Shown here in pieces: positions 49,750 through 58,709 of a stretch of 64,000 bases of DNA. The notes under the pieces were generated by a model. It saw only the letters and a list, made by a program, of their open reading frames with translations. It searched no databases and was not told where the DNA came from. Made by a program: the position numbers and the translations under genes. Every line of letters starts with the position of its first letter. Positions within the stretch are counted from its first letter, which is position 1. Location of the stretch: positions 62,001 to 126,000 of IMG/VR virus record IMGVR_UViG_3300046507_000667. The stretch is one strand, 5' to 3'.

Positions 49750-49960
49750 TAGTTATGCGGTTGAGCCTTGCGGTTCTGGTCGGTTGGCATGATTGTCTCC
49801 TTTCTCCTTGTGGTTGAGTAGGTGAATCCTAGTTCTTTTGGTTTTCATATTCCTCCTTTGTTGTTGACCTTTTGTAAAGCTTCGTCCCTTTACTTATTGA
49901 ACTAGGTAGTAACCACTTCTTTTATCCCATATCCCTCTACAAAGGGATATGGGATTTTTT
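49750..49960 (+). ncRNA. Candidate structured small RNA with repeated CUCCUU motifs
   Basis: Intergenic; long-range stem CCTAGTTC/GAACTAGG and GTGGTT/AACCAC; ends in hairpin plus T tract at 49925-49960. Confidence 0.4.
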
Positions 49961-49976
49961 ATTCTTTTAAAATATT

Positions 49977-50306
49977 ATGAATATCTTTCTGAAACTTACT
50001 GTTGGTTTTACAGATAAAACTCAAGATCCAATGAAGACTGCCATGGATCAATACTACTATCCAGTTCAGCAAGCTGATGGTACTATTACTATTGAGAAAC
50101 TGGATGATCAATCAAAGGCAATGCAATTTGATTCAGCAGATCAAATTGATCTTGCTGTCAAAGATGTATTCGGTCCACTAATTAAAGAAAAGTATGCCGA
50201 TACTCTTCTTTGTGATATGGAATTCCAGACCAATAAGTATGTAGCATACCATGTACTTGCTGCAGCTTATACTGAAACTCAATTCAAGCGAGTAGCCGTT
50301 TTCTAA
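49977..50306 (+). CDS. Hypothetical protein, 109 aa
   Basis: ORF. Confidence 0.75.
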   Translation: MNIFLKLTVGFTDKTQDPMKTAMDQYYYPVQQADGTITIEKLDDQSKAMQFDSADQIDLAVKDVFGPLIKEKYADTLLCDMEFQTNKYVAYHVLAAAYTETQFKRVAVF

Positions 50307-50382
50307 TGAAAAAGTTCTTAATGAAAATTTATACTTCTTTACATTTATGTAGCAATACCGCTACAACTAATGAGAGAGAAGT

Positions 50383-50700
50383 ATGGCACGCACCATTCGT
50401 CGTAAAAACATCCACAAAGCATATCGCTGGCTGACTGATTTTAATATCAATGAACATGGTTGTTTGCAGTGGATGCTTTTCAAGGACTCTAAGGAAGCTG
50501 ATAAGAAAAAAATCATGCTCTTTGGAGATAACCATGCTGGTAAATGGAGTGGCTACAAATCCACTCGTCAACGCAACCAACGTAAATATCGCAAAGAATG
50601 TCGTGAGCAAATTCGCTACTTCATGTTGAATTCTGAGTTCGAAATTCAGCTAGATCGGAAGCCGGACTGCTGCTGTGATATTTGGGGTGATCCCTTGTAA
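50383..50700 (+). CDS. Hypothetical basic protein (MARTIRRKN...)
   Basis: ORF ending before a hairpin. Confidence 0.8.
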   Translation: MARTIRRKNIHKAYRWLTDFNINEHGCLQWMLFKDSKEADKKKIMLFGDNHAGKWSGYKSTRQRNQRKYRKECREQIRYFMLNSEFEIQLDRKPDCCCDIWGDPL

Positions 50701-50752
50701 TTAATATACCCTAACTCTCACTTCCGAGGGTTAGGGTTCTTTCTAGTTAAAA

Positions 50753-51190
50753 GTGAAAATGGAAAACAATACTCGTCGTAAACGTCAGTATCCCTTTGCT
50801 CTCAATATGGAATTGATTGATATGGAATTTTTGATTGATTCTATCTTAGATCAAGTCTGGCATCGTCGTGTTGAAATTGTTCCTGATTACATGCCTCCTT
50901 TTCCGAGCGATGATACGAAGCCTAAGTGTATTGTCCGCTATAAGACTGAAAGTGGTAATTATACTTATCTTCGTTATGGTCGTGGTCCGCTTCCTGATTA
51001 CTTCTGGGATCTCTATGGTGATGACTTCCATCAACCGGAATGTGCATTGCTGTGTATTGCAAAGGCACCCGCTCCTCGTGGCGTAGATACCTATCCAGCA
51101 ATGGATAATGGTGTATATTATGATATGCAAGATCGCAATGAAGCACGTCGTGAAAAGCATGGCATTCAGCAAGAAGCAAAACCGAACTAA
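50753..51190 (+). CDS. Hypothetical protein, about 143 aa
   Basis: ORF. Confidence 0.75.
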   Translation: MKMENNTRRKRQYPFALNMELIDMEFLIDSILDQVWHRRVEIVPDYMPPFPSDDTKPKCIVRYKTESGNYTYLRYGRGPLPDYFWDLYGDDFHQPECALLCIAKAPAPRGVDTYPAMDNGVYYDMQDRNEARREKHGIQQEAKPN

Positions 51191-51270
51191 ATAGATGGAT
51201 AGGGATATATTATCACTGTGATTAGAATAATAAATTCATCGGGGATTCTTAGAACTACTTGGAGTAAGGA

Positions 51271-51414
51271 ATGCCTTGGATTTATGACCGTGCACATTAT
51301 ACTAAGCAGCAGAGATTGAAATCTATCGGTAGATTTTTCGGTGGACTTCTTATTACTATGCTTGTAGCATCGTTTCTTCATTCACTTTATAATATGGCTG
51401 CATTGCTAAAATGA
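51271..51414 (+). CDS. Small membrane protein, 47 aa, not in the ORF track
   Basis: MPWIYDRAHYTKQQRLKSIGRFFGGLLITMLVASFLHSLYNMAALLK; AAGGA SD; early motif at 51205. Confidence 0.65.
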   Translation: MPWIYDRAHYTKQQRLKSIGRFFGGLLITMLVASFLHSLYNMAALLK

Positions 51415-51542
51415 AAAGTATTCGAAAGCAAAAAGGTTTCACCCTCATTGAAATTACCGTAGTGCTTGGTGGTTTGGGCGCTCTTGCTGCAGTTTGTGGT
51501 GTGCTTTATATGGCTGCACATTTCATCAGCAAATGGTGGTAA
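51411..51542 (+). CDS. Mini type IV prepilin-like protein, 43 aa, not in the ORF track
   Basis: MKSIRKQKG|FTLIEITVVLGGLGALAAVCGVLYMAAHFISKWW; class III signal motif; ATGA coupling to the upstream ORF. Confidence 0.75.
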   Translation: MKSIRKQKGFTLIEITVVLGGLGALAAVCGVLYMAAHFISKWW

Positions 51543-51548
51543 ATAAAA

Positions 51549-51911
51549 ATGAACGATAATATCTATACCCCTCGCATTTGCATTAACCTCATTCAACGTA
51601 AGCCTACAAATGGTGTCAATACTGCAGTAGTAATTCCTTATCGGGATTACGAAATCAGTATTGGTATGGATGATAGTTGTGGAGCCATGGAAAATCTTGG
51701 TCGCTCTGATCTTATCATTATGAAAAATGGTAAGAATGTAACTGGTGATTTCTTTGCCGGTTATACCAAGGGAACTATCATTACTGCAACTGCAGCCCAT
51801 TTGAAGATTATGATGGACGCAATTGACCATCATTATCGAAATAAGGATTCGTTCTTTAAGACTAAAATCGAAATTCCAAATCCAGATAATCAGGACTTGG
51901 TGATCCGATAA
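51549..51911 (+). CDS. Hypothetical protein, 120 aa
   Basis: ORF. Confidence 0.75.
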   Translation: MNDNIYTPRICINLIQRKPTNGVNTAVVIPYRDYEISIGMDDSCGAMENLGRSDLIIMKNGKNVTGDFFAGYTKGTIITATAAHLKIMMDAIDHHYRNKDSFFKTKIEIPNPDNQDLVIR

Positions 51912-51921
51912 CTCGAAAGTC

Positions 51922-52041
51922 ATGTATAGCAAGAGCAATAGAAATAGTCTTAATACTACTGACATAGTAATTCTTTCTAGTTGGGCTGTAGTTTTAATTA
52001 TATTTAGTTTTACTACAGCTAAATTGCTTGTCAGTATTTAA
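51922..52041 (+). CDS. Small membrane peptide, 39 aa, not in the ORF track
   Basis: MYSKSNRNSLNTTDIVILSSWAVVLIIFSFTTAKLLVSI, followed by a UUCG-loop hairpin. Confidence 0.5.
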   Translation: MYSKSNRNSLNTTDIVILSSWAVVLIIFSFTTAKLLVSI

Positions 52042-52301
52042 TCTGAAATTACCCTTACAATACTTCGGTATTGTAAGGGAGATTAAACTTCTTTCTATTT
52101 TTTATCTTATTTCTAAGGGACAGAACGAAAAAGCACATCAAAATGAAGCACTGCAACTTCTTGCAATTCCATGCCGCATCTGGCATGGTGGAAAACTTAC
52201 CTTAGTTTTTTGATTTCTATTTTACAAATAACATAAGAATACTTATTGCATTTCATGCATTTAATTTTCTTAACTTCTTTAGAAAGATATAAATAATTCC
52301 T

Positions 52302-53330
52302 ATGACTACATCAAGCGGGCGTGTTAATGCAGCTGACAAGCGCATCATTAATGGACAAACTGACGTCAATCAGTTAGTACCATTCAAGTACAAATGGGCA
52401 TGGGAAAAATACCTTGCTGGTTGTGCTAATCATTGGATGCCACAAGAAGTAAATATGTCTAAAGATATCGCTCAGTGGAAAACTCCTGGATTTCTATCTG
52501 AAGATGAGAAGCGCATTGTTAAACGCAATCTTGGCTTCTTTGTTACTGCTGACTCACTAGCAGCAAATAACATCGTTCTTGGTACATATCGTTTTATTAC
52601 TGCTCCTGAATGCCGTCAGTATCTACTACGTCAAGCATTCGAAGAAGCAATTCATACACATACTTATCAGTACATTGTAGAATCACTCGGTATTGATGAG
52701 TCAGAGACTTTCAATGCATATAATGAAATTAAGTCCATTAAGGACAAGGATGATTTCCTAATTTCATTTATTAATACAATTACCGATCCAGAATTCACAA
52801 CTGGTACTCTTGAGAATGATCAACGTCTTCTTAAGTGTCTAATTGTATTTGCTTGTATTATGGAAGGTCTATTCTTCTATGTGGGCTTTACACAGATTCT
52901 AGCTCTTGGTCGTTCTGGTAAGATGACTGGTGCTGCAGAGCAGTATCAATATATTCTTCGTGATGAATCTCTACATTGTAACTTTGGTGTTGACCTTATC
53001 AATACTATTAAGTTAGAGAATCCACATCTTTGGACACCAGAGTTCCAAGAAGAAATTAAGGATCTATTTCGTCAAGCAGTTGAACTTGAATATCGTTATG
53101 CAGAAGATACAATGCCACGTGGCATTCTTGGTCTAAATGCAACTCTATTCAAGAGCTATCTACGTTTTATTTGTAATCGTCGTTGTCAGCAAATTGGTCT
53201 ACCTGAACTGTTCCCCGGTGAAGAAAATCCTTTCCCATGGATGTCAGAAATGGTTGACCTTAAGAAGGAAAAGAACTTCTTTGAAACTCGTGTTACCGAC
53301 TATCAGTCCGGTGGTGGACTAGAGTGGTAA
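52302..53330 (+). CDS. nrdB: Ribonucleotide reductase class I beta subunit
   Basis: [46 protein letters not shown]; late motif at 52230-52241. Confidence 0.95.
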   Translation: MTTSSGRVNAADKRIINGQTDVNQLVPFKYKWAWEKYLAGCANHWMPQEVNMSKDIAQWKTPGFLSEDEKRIVKRNLGFFVTADSLAANNIVLGTYRFITAPECRQYLLRQAFEEAIHTHTYQYIVESLGIDESETFNAYNEIKSIKDKDDFLISFINTITDPEFTTGTLENDQRLLKCLIVFACIMEGLFFYVGFTQILALGRSGKMTGAAEQYQYILRDESLHCNFGVDLINTIKLENPHLWTPEFQEEIKDLFRQAVELEYRYAEDTMPRGILGLNATLFKSYLRFICNRRCQQIGLPELFPGEENPFPWMSEMVDLKKEKNFFETRVTDYQSGGGLEW

Positions 53331-53364
53331 TCTCTTTTTAATTTTTTCTTTAAAGGTAATCAAA

Positions 53365-53496
53365 ATGTCACAAGAGCAAGTACAAGCAGTTGAACCTGTA
53401 GTTGAACAAGTTGCTGCAGAAGAAGATGATTTTCTAGCTGAATTCTCAGCACCAGCAGTTTGCTCAATGGAAGAAGGTTGCGAAAGCTGCCAGTAA
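53365..53496 (+). CDS. Stand-alone 43-aa peptide resembling the NrdA C-terminal redox tail, not in the ORF track
   Basis: MSQEQVQAVEPVVEQVAAEEDDFLAEFSAPAVCSMEEGCESCQ; AAAGG SD; biased codons like nrdB. Confidence 0.7.
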   Translation: MSQEQVQAVEPVVEQVAAEEDDFLAEFSAPAVCSMEEGCESCQ

Positions 53497-53595
53497 TCCA
53501 AAGTCATTTAAGAATATATTATTTAAATGATTAAAATTCTCCCTAACCTTCTGAAAAGAGGGTTAGGGAGTTTAATAACACAGAAAGGAGGGTTC

Positions 53596-53850
53596 ATGCG
53601 TATCTTGTTTGATGATAAAGATATTTCCCTCTTGTTATTATCAGAAAAAGAAAGCATTATTAACATCGATGGTTATATGATGGTAATAGGCAAGCAAGAT
53701 GATGATAATTATTACATACGGAAAGAAGGGGATTTTCTCTTTTATGACAAAGTGGAATTGATTGAAGTTCTGAATTCCAAGAATGTAATACTACCATCAG
53801 CTTCATATCAAATCCTTCTTATAAGATACATGTTTGACAATCTTAAATAA
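53596..53850 (+). CDS. Hypothetical protein, paralog 1 of a tandem triplet
   Basis: AGGAG SD; MRILFDDKDI start. Confidence 0.75.
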   Translation: MRILFDDKDISLLLLSEKESIINIDGYMMVIGKQDDDNYYIRKEGDFLFYDKVELIEVLNSKNVILPSASYQILLIRYMFDNLK

Positions 53851-53858
53851 GGATTATA

Positions 53859-54110
53859 ATGAAAGTCATATTGAATATGATAGATATTGCATGGGTAGCC
53901 GATATGAATCCAACTGTCGTACTGGACTCTGGAGATAGATACATATTATCATCGGCATCCTATGCATACATTCTCACTTCAGATAATCCTATAAAAAGTA
54001 AAAGATTCAAAGAAGGAGAGATATGTGAGTTTCTATATGACAATGGTGCAAAGTATAGCCGTGATGTAGTAACTGCAATTCTAAAGCATTTTCCAGATCT
54101 TTACTTTTAG
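53859..54110 (+). CDS. Hypothetical protein, paralog 2
   Basis: MKVILNMIDI...LYDNGAKY. Confidence 0.75.
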   Translation: MKVILNMIDIAWVADMNPTVVLDSGDRYILSSASYAYILTSDNPIKSKRFKEGEICEFLYDNGAKYSRDVVTAILKHFPDLYF

Positions 54111-54121
54111 GAATCATAAAT

Positions 54122-54373
54122 ATGCAAATCGAGTTGTCTGAAGATGATATTCAAGTTCTCTTTACTGAATTTGAAGAAATCGATGTAATAATCGATTATA
54201 ATAATTGTCAAATTCGACGCTTAAATGACGGCATATACAAACTAGAAAATAGTCATGGCATAGAAAGAGATCGACAGTTTCCTAATGCTCAGAAATTGGT
54301 ATATTATTTGAATAATAATGCCGCCAAATATCACGATGCTACTCTTCTATTCCTCAATGGATTAAACGAGTAG
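54122..54373 (+). CDS. Hypothetical protein, paralog 3
   Basis: MQIELSEDDI...LNNNAAKY. Confidence 0.75.
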   Translation: MQIELSEDDIQVLFTEFEEIDVIIDYNNCQIRRLNDGIYKLENSHGIERDRQFPNAQKLVYYLNNNAAKYHDATLLFLNGLNE

Positions 54374-54433
54374 TAAAACCCCTATACCTTCTTTTCAGAA
54401 GGTATAGGGGAACAATCGGAATTTGTTTTTTTT

Positions 54434-55066
54434 TTAGTACATGAACTCAAGAAGGAATTCAGTATCATTATCTAGATTAGCCTCAACTGGAGCAAAGTGA
54501 ATACCACTAGTTGCAGAGAATAGGAAACCTAGAAGGTCTGGATCAATGACATTACCTTCTTTATCCCTTTTGGGGAAAATATTAGTAATAGTGCCACGTA
54601 GACGTTCGACATCCTTATCTTGAATAAGTGAATAAATCTTATCAGCATAAGGTAGATAGTTCTTAGGAATTTCACCATTAACGATGTACATGAATGTACC
54701 GATAATGATATCAACGAACTTAACTACTACCTCATCACGGACAATGATTTTACGAGCATCACATACCTTTCGATGAGCATCTTCAGCTTTAAATGACTTG
54801 CTAATTTTACTTTGGTAAAGATCTTTAGCATTTGGATAAGCCTTTTGAGCCGCTTCCAAGTCTAGTTGAAGTTGAAGCATAGGACGTGTTGGTGAGATAA
54901 ATTTAGCAGCACGCTCACTAATAAATGAAATGCAGCTACTATTTTGAATCAGCTCACGAATGATATCAACTACATTCTGACGATCCAGTGATGATGCGAT
55001 TCCTTTCTTGATTTCATAAAGCTTATCTAAGCCTTCGTCATCAATGTTATCAATTATATTTGACAT
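54434..55066 (-). CDS. Hypothetical protein, 210 aa
   Basis: ORF at the end of a late operon. Confidence 0.8.
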   Translation of the reverse strand: MSNIIDNIDDEGLDKLYEIKKGIASSLDRQNVVDIIRELIQNSSCISFISERAAKFISPTRPMLQLQLDLEAAQKAYPNAKDLYQSKISKSFKAEDAHRKVCDARKIIVRDEVVVKFVDIIIGTFMYIVNGEIPKNYLPYADKIYSLIQDKDVERLRGTITNIFPKRDKEGNVIDPDLLGFLFSATSGIHFAPVEANLDNDTEFLLEFMY

Positions 55067-55138
55067 TTTTGTATGATCCGTAAGAAGTTTTATATTAGTA
55101 GAATTAACTAATGCTAGGTTCCACTAATCAAAACTATG

Positions 55139-56419
55139 TCAAAGGAACTCAACTTCTAAGCTCTGGGAGGAGTTCTTAGGAGAGCTTAGTACTACTTTGC
55201 TTACATCATGACCTTCAAATGTATATGGTAAAGTAATATGAATTCCGTTAGTTAATGATAAGACACCGAAATTAATATCTAAAGCTCCGCTCTTGATATC
55301 ACTGACTAGCCTATTGCTATCAATACCAACTAGTGAAAAGTCCACGGCCATTCCTCTTAAATGCATAGAAAAGGAACTACCGCCAACCTCACTTGTGGTC
55401 ATTTTAAGATCGCAGAGACCAAAAATGATATGTATTTGGCATACTGGAGGAGCAGAAGCTCCGTAGTAATAATTATAAATTGGAAGAAGGATAGAATCAT
55501 GGATTTTCCTAATATTGTCTTTCTTATCCTGAGTAATTAAAGGAACACTTGTTTTACTCATGAATAAGTAGTTATTAAGATCAAAGTCTGGTACAAAACA
55601 CTTGTAATGAGAACTATCAAACGTTAAATTCAATAGGTCATCATCTGGGATATTAGGAAGAATATTCGCACCAGTGCTGATAGTGCCACCAGCTTTAGTA
55701 CCAATATTTCCAATTGATCCAGACCCTCCATTACTACCATTATTTGGAAATATATCGTCTAATGGATTACCATCGGCATCTTTGCCATTGTTGTATCCAC
55801 TATCGATAGGAAACATATCCCCTAGCCCTGGCCCGCTTGAACCGCCACCGCCACCGGACCCATTAGTATTAGAACCGTTGCCGTTAGTTGAAGAACCGGA
55901 TGATGAGTTATTACTGCCGCCAGTAGGTTTACCAGCATTAGTAGTAGAACCACCATTGTTTTTACCATTGCCATTTTGGTCTCTTATAAAATTATCATTA
56001 TTGGCTAAATCATCTGCAATAGCGCCTTTTTGTGCATCAGTAAGAGTAGGAGGAAATGCTGGAAGGCTTCCACCACCATATTGATTCCATAGGTCGTCTA
56101 ATTCAGTTCCTTTACCATCACATTTAAGCTTATCAAATTCATCGATAGCTTGAATGAGAAGATCTCTAGAACCCTTTGCAGTGACATGGCTTAGATCGTA
56201 TGGTTGATTTGTACGATCTTTAGCATATAGATCATCAACTAATTTCTTTAAAGCATACACATTTAGTGCATTGAAATTAGCAAGACCTGTACGTCGTGTA
56301 CCATTATTAGTACATGACATCATATCAGTCATTAAATCAGCCAACCAGCTAGGAAGTAACTTCTTAAACTGGTTGGTAAGATTTTGAACTGAAAGACCAT
56401 AACAGTTTTTCAATGGCAT
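55139..56419 (-). CDS. Probable virion protein with Gly/Asn/Ser linker and C-terminal peptidase M15-like domain
   Basis: SMHLRGMAVDF matches the S.H..G.A.D motif. Confidence 0.65.
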   Translation of the reverse strand: MPLKNCYGLSVQNLTNQFKKLLPSWLADLMTDMMSCTNNGTRRTGLANFNALNVYALKKLVDDLYAKDRTNQPYDLSHVTAKGSRDLLIQAIDEFDKLKCDGKGTELDDLWNQYGGGSLPAFPPTLTDAQKGAIADDLANNDNFIRDQNGNGKNNGGSTTNAGKPTGGSNNSSSGSSTNGNGSNTNGSGGGGGSSGPGLGDMFPIDSGYNNGKDADGNPLDDIFPNNGSNGGSGSIGNIGTKAGGTISTGANILPNIPDDDLLNLTFDSSHYKCFVPDFDLNNYLFMSKTSVPLITQDKKDNIRKIHDSILLPIYNYYYGASAPPVCQIHIIFGLCDLKMTTSEVGGSSFSMHLRGMAVDFSLVGIDSNRLVSDIKSGALDINFGVLSLTNGIHITLPYTFEGHDVSKVVLSSPKNSSQSLEVEFL

Positions 56420-56426
56420 AAGTACC

Positions 56427-56684
56427 TCATACTAATTTAGAATACTTACGATCAATGAAAATGGATTGGAAAAGTGACTCATATTCCATTCCAGTATACT
56501 TGATGAATAGCTGATTTCGAATAGCTCTTGCTCTTTCAGCAAAAATATCATCAGCAGAGTTTACACTGTTACCTGCTTTAATAGTCTTAATTGCATTGGC
56601 AGTAGCCTCAATAAGACGTTTTGCAGTATCATTTAAATTATTGGAGTCTAAGTATATTAGTCTCTCATTACTATCAAGAGCCAT
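56427..56684 (-). CDS. Hypothetical protein, 85 aa
   Basis: Coupled ORF. Confidence 0.7.
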   Translation of the reverse strand: MALDSNERLIYLDSNNLNDTAKRLIEATANAIKTIKAGNSVNSADDIFAERARAIRNQLFIKYTGMEYESLFQSIFIDRKYSKLV

Positions 56685-58137
56685 TTAAATCTCCTGCATT
56701 TAAAAAGATAACTTCATTGTCAAAGATATCATATAGCTGTAGAAAGTTACCTACATTGTCTGAATTAACCTTTACATTTACTCCAGATGTAGCTAGATTT
56801 CGGATTGGTAGCAAATAAGCTTGTACCGTACTAATATCTTTCTGCTTAGTTGTAAATGTAATCTGTTCTAGATTGACATTAACTGATTCAAGATCAAGCT
56901 TGGTTAGTTCAAAGTCAAAAGCCGATAGTTGAATACGTTCGTATACTTCTAGCCTAAAATATTCAAAATTTACTCTATCAACATTGATCTTAAAGGTGTC
57001 ATTCACACCATCTACTTGATATACCTGAAGGATGCCTTTTGGTAGCAATTCGGCATATTGCTGTAGAGTAATCTTATTGATCAAGTCAGGATTGAGAATA
57101 TCTCGGATAAAAATAGCTCGACCTGATTGAGCAGAACTGAATTTGACAGTTAATACTGTTTTTGTTGAATCTACAGTAAAAGTAGCCTTATCTGTAATTC
57201 GATTACCATTAGGATCAAATATTTCACAGATGTAGTTAGCAAAACCCTTTTCTGTATCAGTAATTGTCCATGTTGAAGCTGGTGATACTTGTACAAAGAA
57301 TGTAGTATCAAGTCTTACATTAGGTGATTTCTTATTAAGAGCAATTTCAATAGATCTCTTTAAGAATTCAGCTTCATCCATCCTAACAGCAGTATCATTA
57401 TTGGTCTGAACTAAACTAGCATTACTAAATTTGTAGATTAGATTCTTTTTAAGATCAATAATATCTTGCTCGAATTCTTTCATTGTATCTGAATAATCAA
57501 TCTGGATAAATTCAGAGATACCTTGAAGAGTTTGCATATGAATAGATGCAGTAATCGAATTACCAATCATCTTAAGCATCTTCTGTACATACTTAACGTC
57601 ATCATACATATTCTGATCCATAAGACCATCATAGTATTTAGACTTATTAACTACATCATGTACAGCATCACCAGTAGAAATTGGAAGAATTGTCTTAGTA
57701 TTGGAATCAAGATCATTATAGTTTTTACTTATACCTAATGCTTCTTGAATAAGAGGTACTTTACGACGCTCTCGCACCGTAAAGTAGCTAGTACTTGACA
57801 ATTCACTTACTGTTTTATCAATAACTCGCCGTCGTACTAAAGGAGGCTTCCTAATATCTTTGACAAGTACTTTAATCAAAATTACATCTAATTCTTCATT
57901 CTCAGAATACGTTAAAGTTTGATCGAAAAAGTTACCCATTAATACCTTTTTAAGGGTATCAATGGGTATGTCGATTTTAAGATCTTCCTTAGAGGTATCT
58001 GCACTGCCAGTAACCTTATGCTTAAGGGAATTGAATAATGTGACTGCTCTCTTATACTGAGTGGAATCAAAAAATCCACTTCCCTTTTGCTTCAAGTAAC
58101 TAATTGGCAGATTTTTGATATTAAAATCGTATGCCAT
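56674..58137 (-). CDS. Hypothetical probable virion protein, 487 aa
   Basis: Long ORF in a late operon. Confidence 0.75.
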   Translation of the reverse strand: MAYDFNIKNLPISYLKQKGSGFFDSTQYKRAVTLFNSLKHKVTGSADTSKEDLKIDIPIDTLKKVLMGNFFDQTLTYSENEELDVILIKVLVKDIRKPPLVRRRVIDKTVSELSSTSYFTVRERRKVPLIQEALGISKNYNDLDSNTKTILPISTGDAVHDVVNKSKYYDGLMDQNMYDDVKYVQKMLKMIGNSITASIHMQTLQGISEFIQIDYSDTMKEFEQDIIDLKKNLIYKFSNASLVQTNNDTAVRMDEAEFLKRSIEIALNKKSPNVRLDTTFFVQVSPASTWTITDTEKGFANYICEIFDPNGNRITDKATFTVDSTKTVLTVKFSSAQSGRAIFIRDILNPDLINKITLQQYAELLPKGILQVYQVDGVNDTFKINVDRVNFEYFRLEVYERIQLSAFDFELTKLDLESVNVNLEQITFTTKQKDISTVQAYLLPIRNLATSGVNVKVNSDNVGNFLQLYDIFDNEVIFLNAGDLNGS

Positions 58138-58140
58138 ATT

Positions 58141-58677
58141 TTACTTTTTAAATAAAATATCTACTTCCACTCTAGGTTTGCAACTATAGAACTTTTCATG
58201 ATTACCCTTAATGACTACCGAGTCATCAGTATAAAGCAGACCGTGAAGTGCATCATAGAATAACTTTTCATAGTTATCTAAGTCAGGCTTCTTTAATGGT
58301 CTAAATACACCCATTTCAGCTAGAATCTTATTGACTCTGGATTCACCTTTGGGAGTAGTTCTATAATACCTAGCAGTAAAGTAAATTTCTTTTGAAATTG
58401 GTTTAAAGTTGTTACCTAGCTGGTGACGAACCTGTTCATTAATATATTGCTTGAATGACTTACTTGGATCGTAAAAATGACTTAGGTTACTAACAGCCCT
58501 AGCACGAGCTTGAGCCTTTGGTTCACCATAGTAAACAAAGCTCATTTTCTCATAGGTACTTTCATCGAAATAATCAGCATGAGCTTTTTCAATTTGGGCA
58601 TATTCTTTGTCAGTAACACCTAACTCATCCATCACTTCTTGTGCCAATTGATTCATTAAATCTGTTGGTTCGATCAT
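58141..58677 (-). CDS. rusA: RusA-like Holliday junction resolvase
   Basis: GEPKAQAR.R, KPDLDNYEK..YDAL.G..Y.DDS.V; late motif at 58699-58710. Confidence 0.85.
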   Translation of the reverse strand: MIEPTDLMNQLAQEVMDELGVTDKEYAQIEKAHADYFDESTYEKMSFVYYGEPKAQARARAVSNLSHFYDPSKSFKQYINEQVRHQLGNNFKPISKEIYFTARYYRTTPKGESRVNKILAEMGVFRPLKKPDLDNYEKLFYDALHGLLYTDDSVVIKGNHEKFYSCKPRVEVDILFKK

Positions 58678-58709
58678 GATCTTTTCCTTATTTTTAACTA
58701 ACTTTTTGT

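Noticed and set aside
49750-49960. tmRNA, hammerhead ribozyme or hydrophobic type I toxin
   Set aside because: No tRNA-like ends, no CUGANGA/GAAA core, and the minus-strand peptides are hydrophilic.
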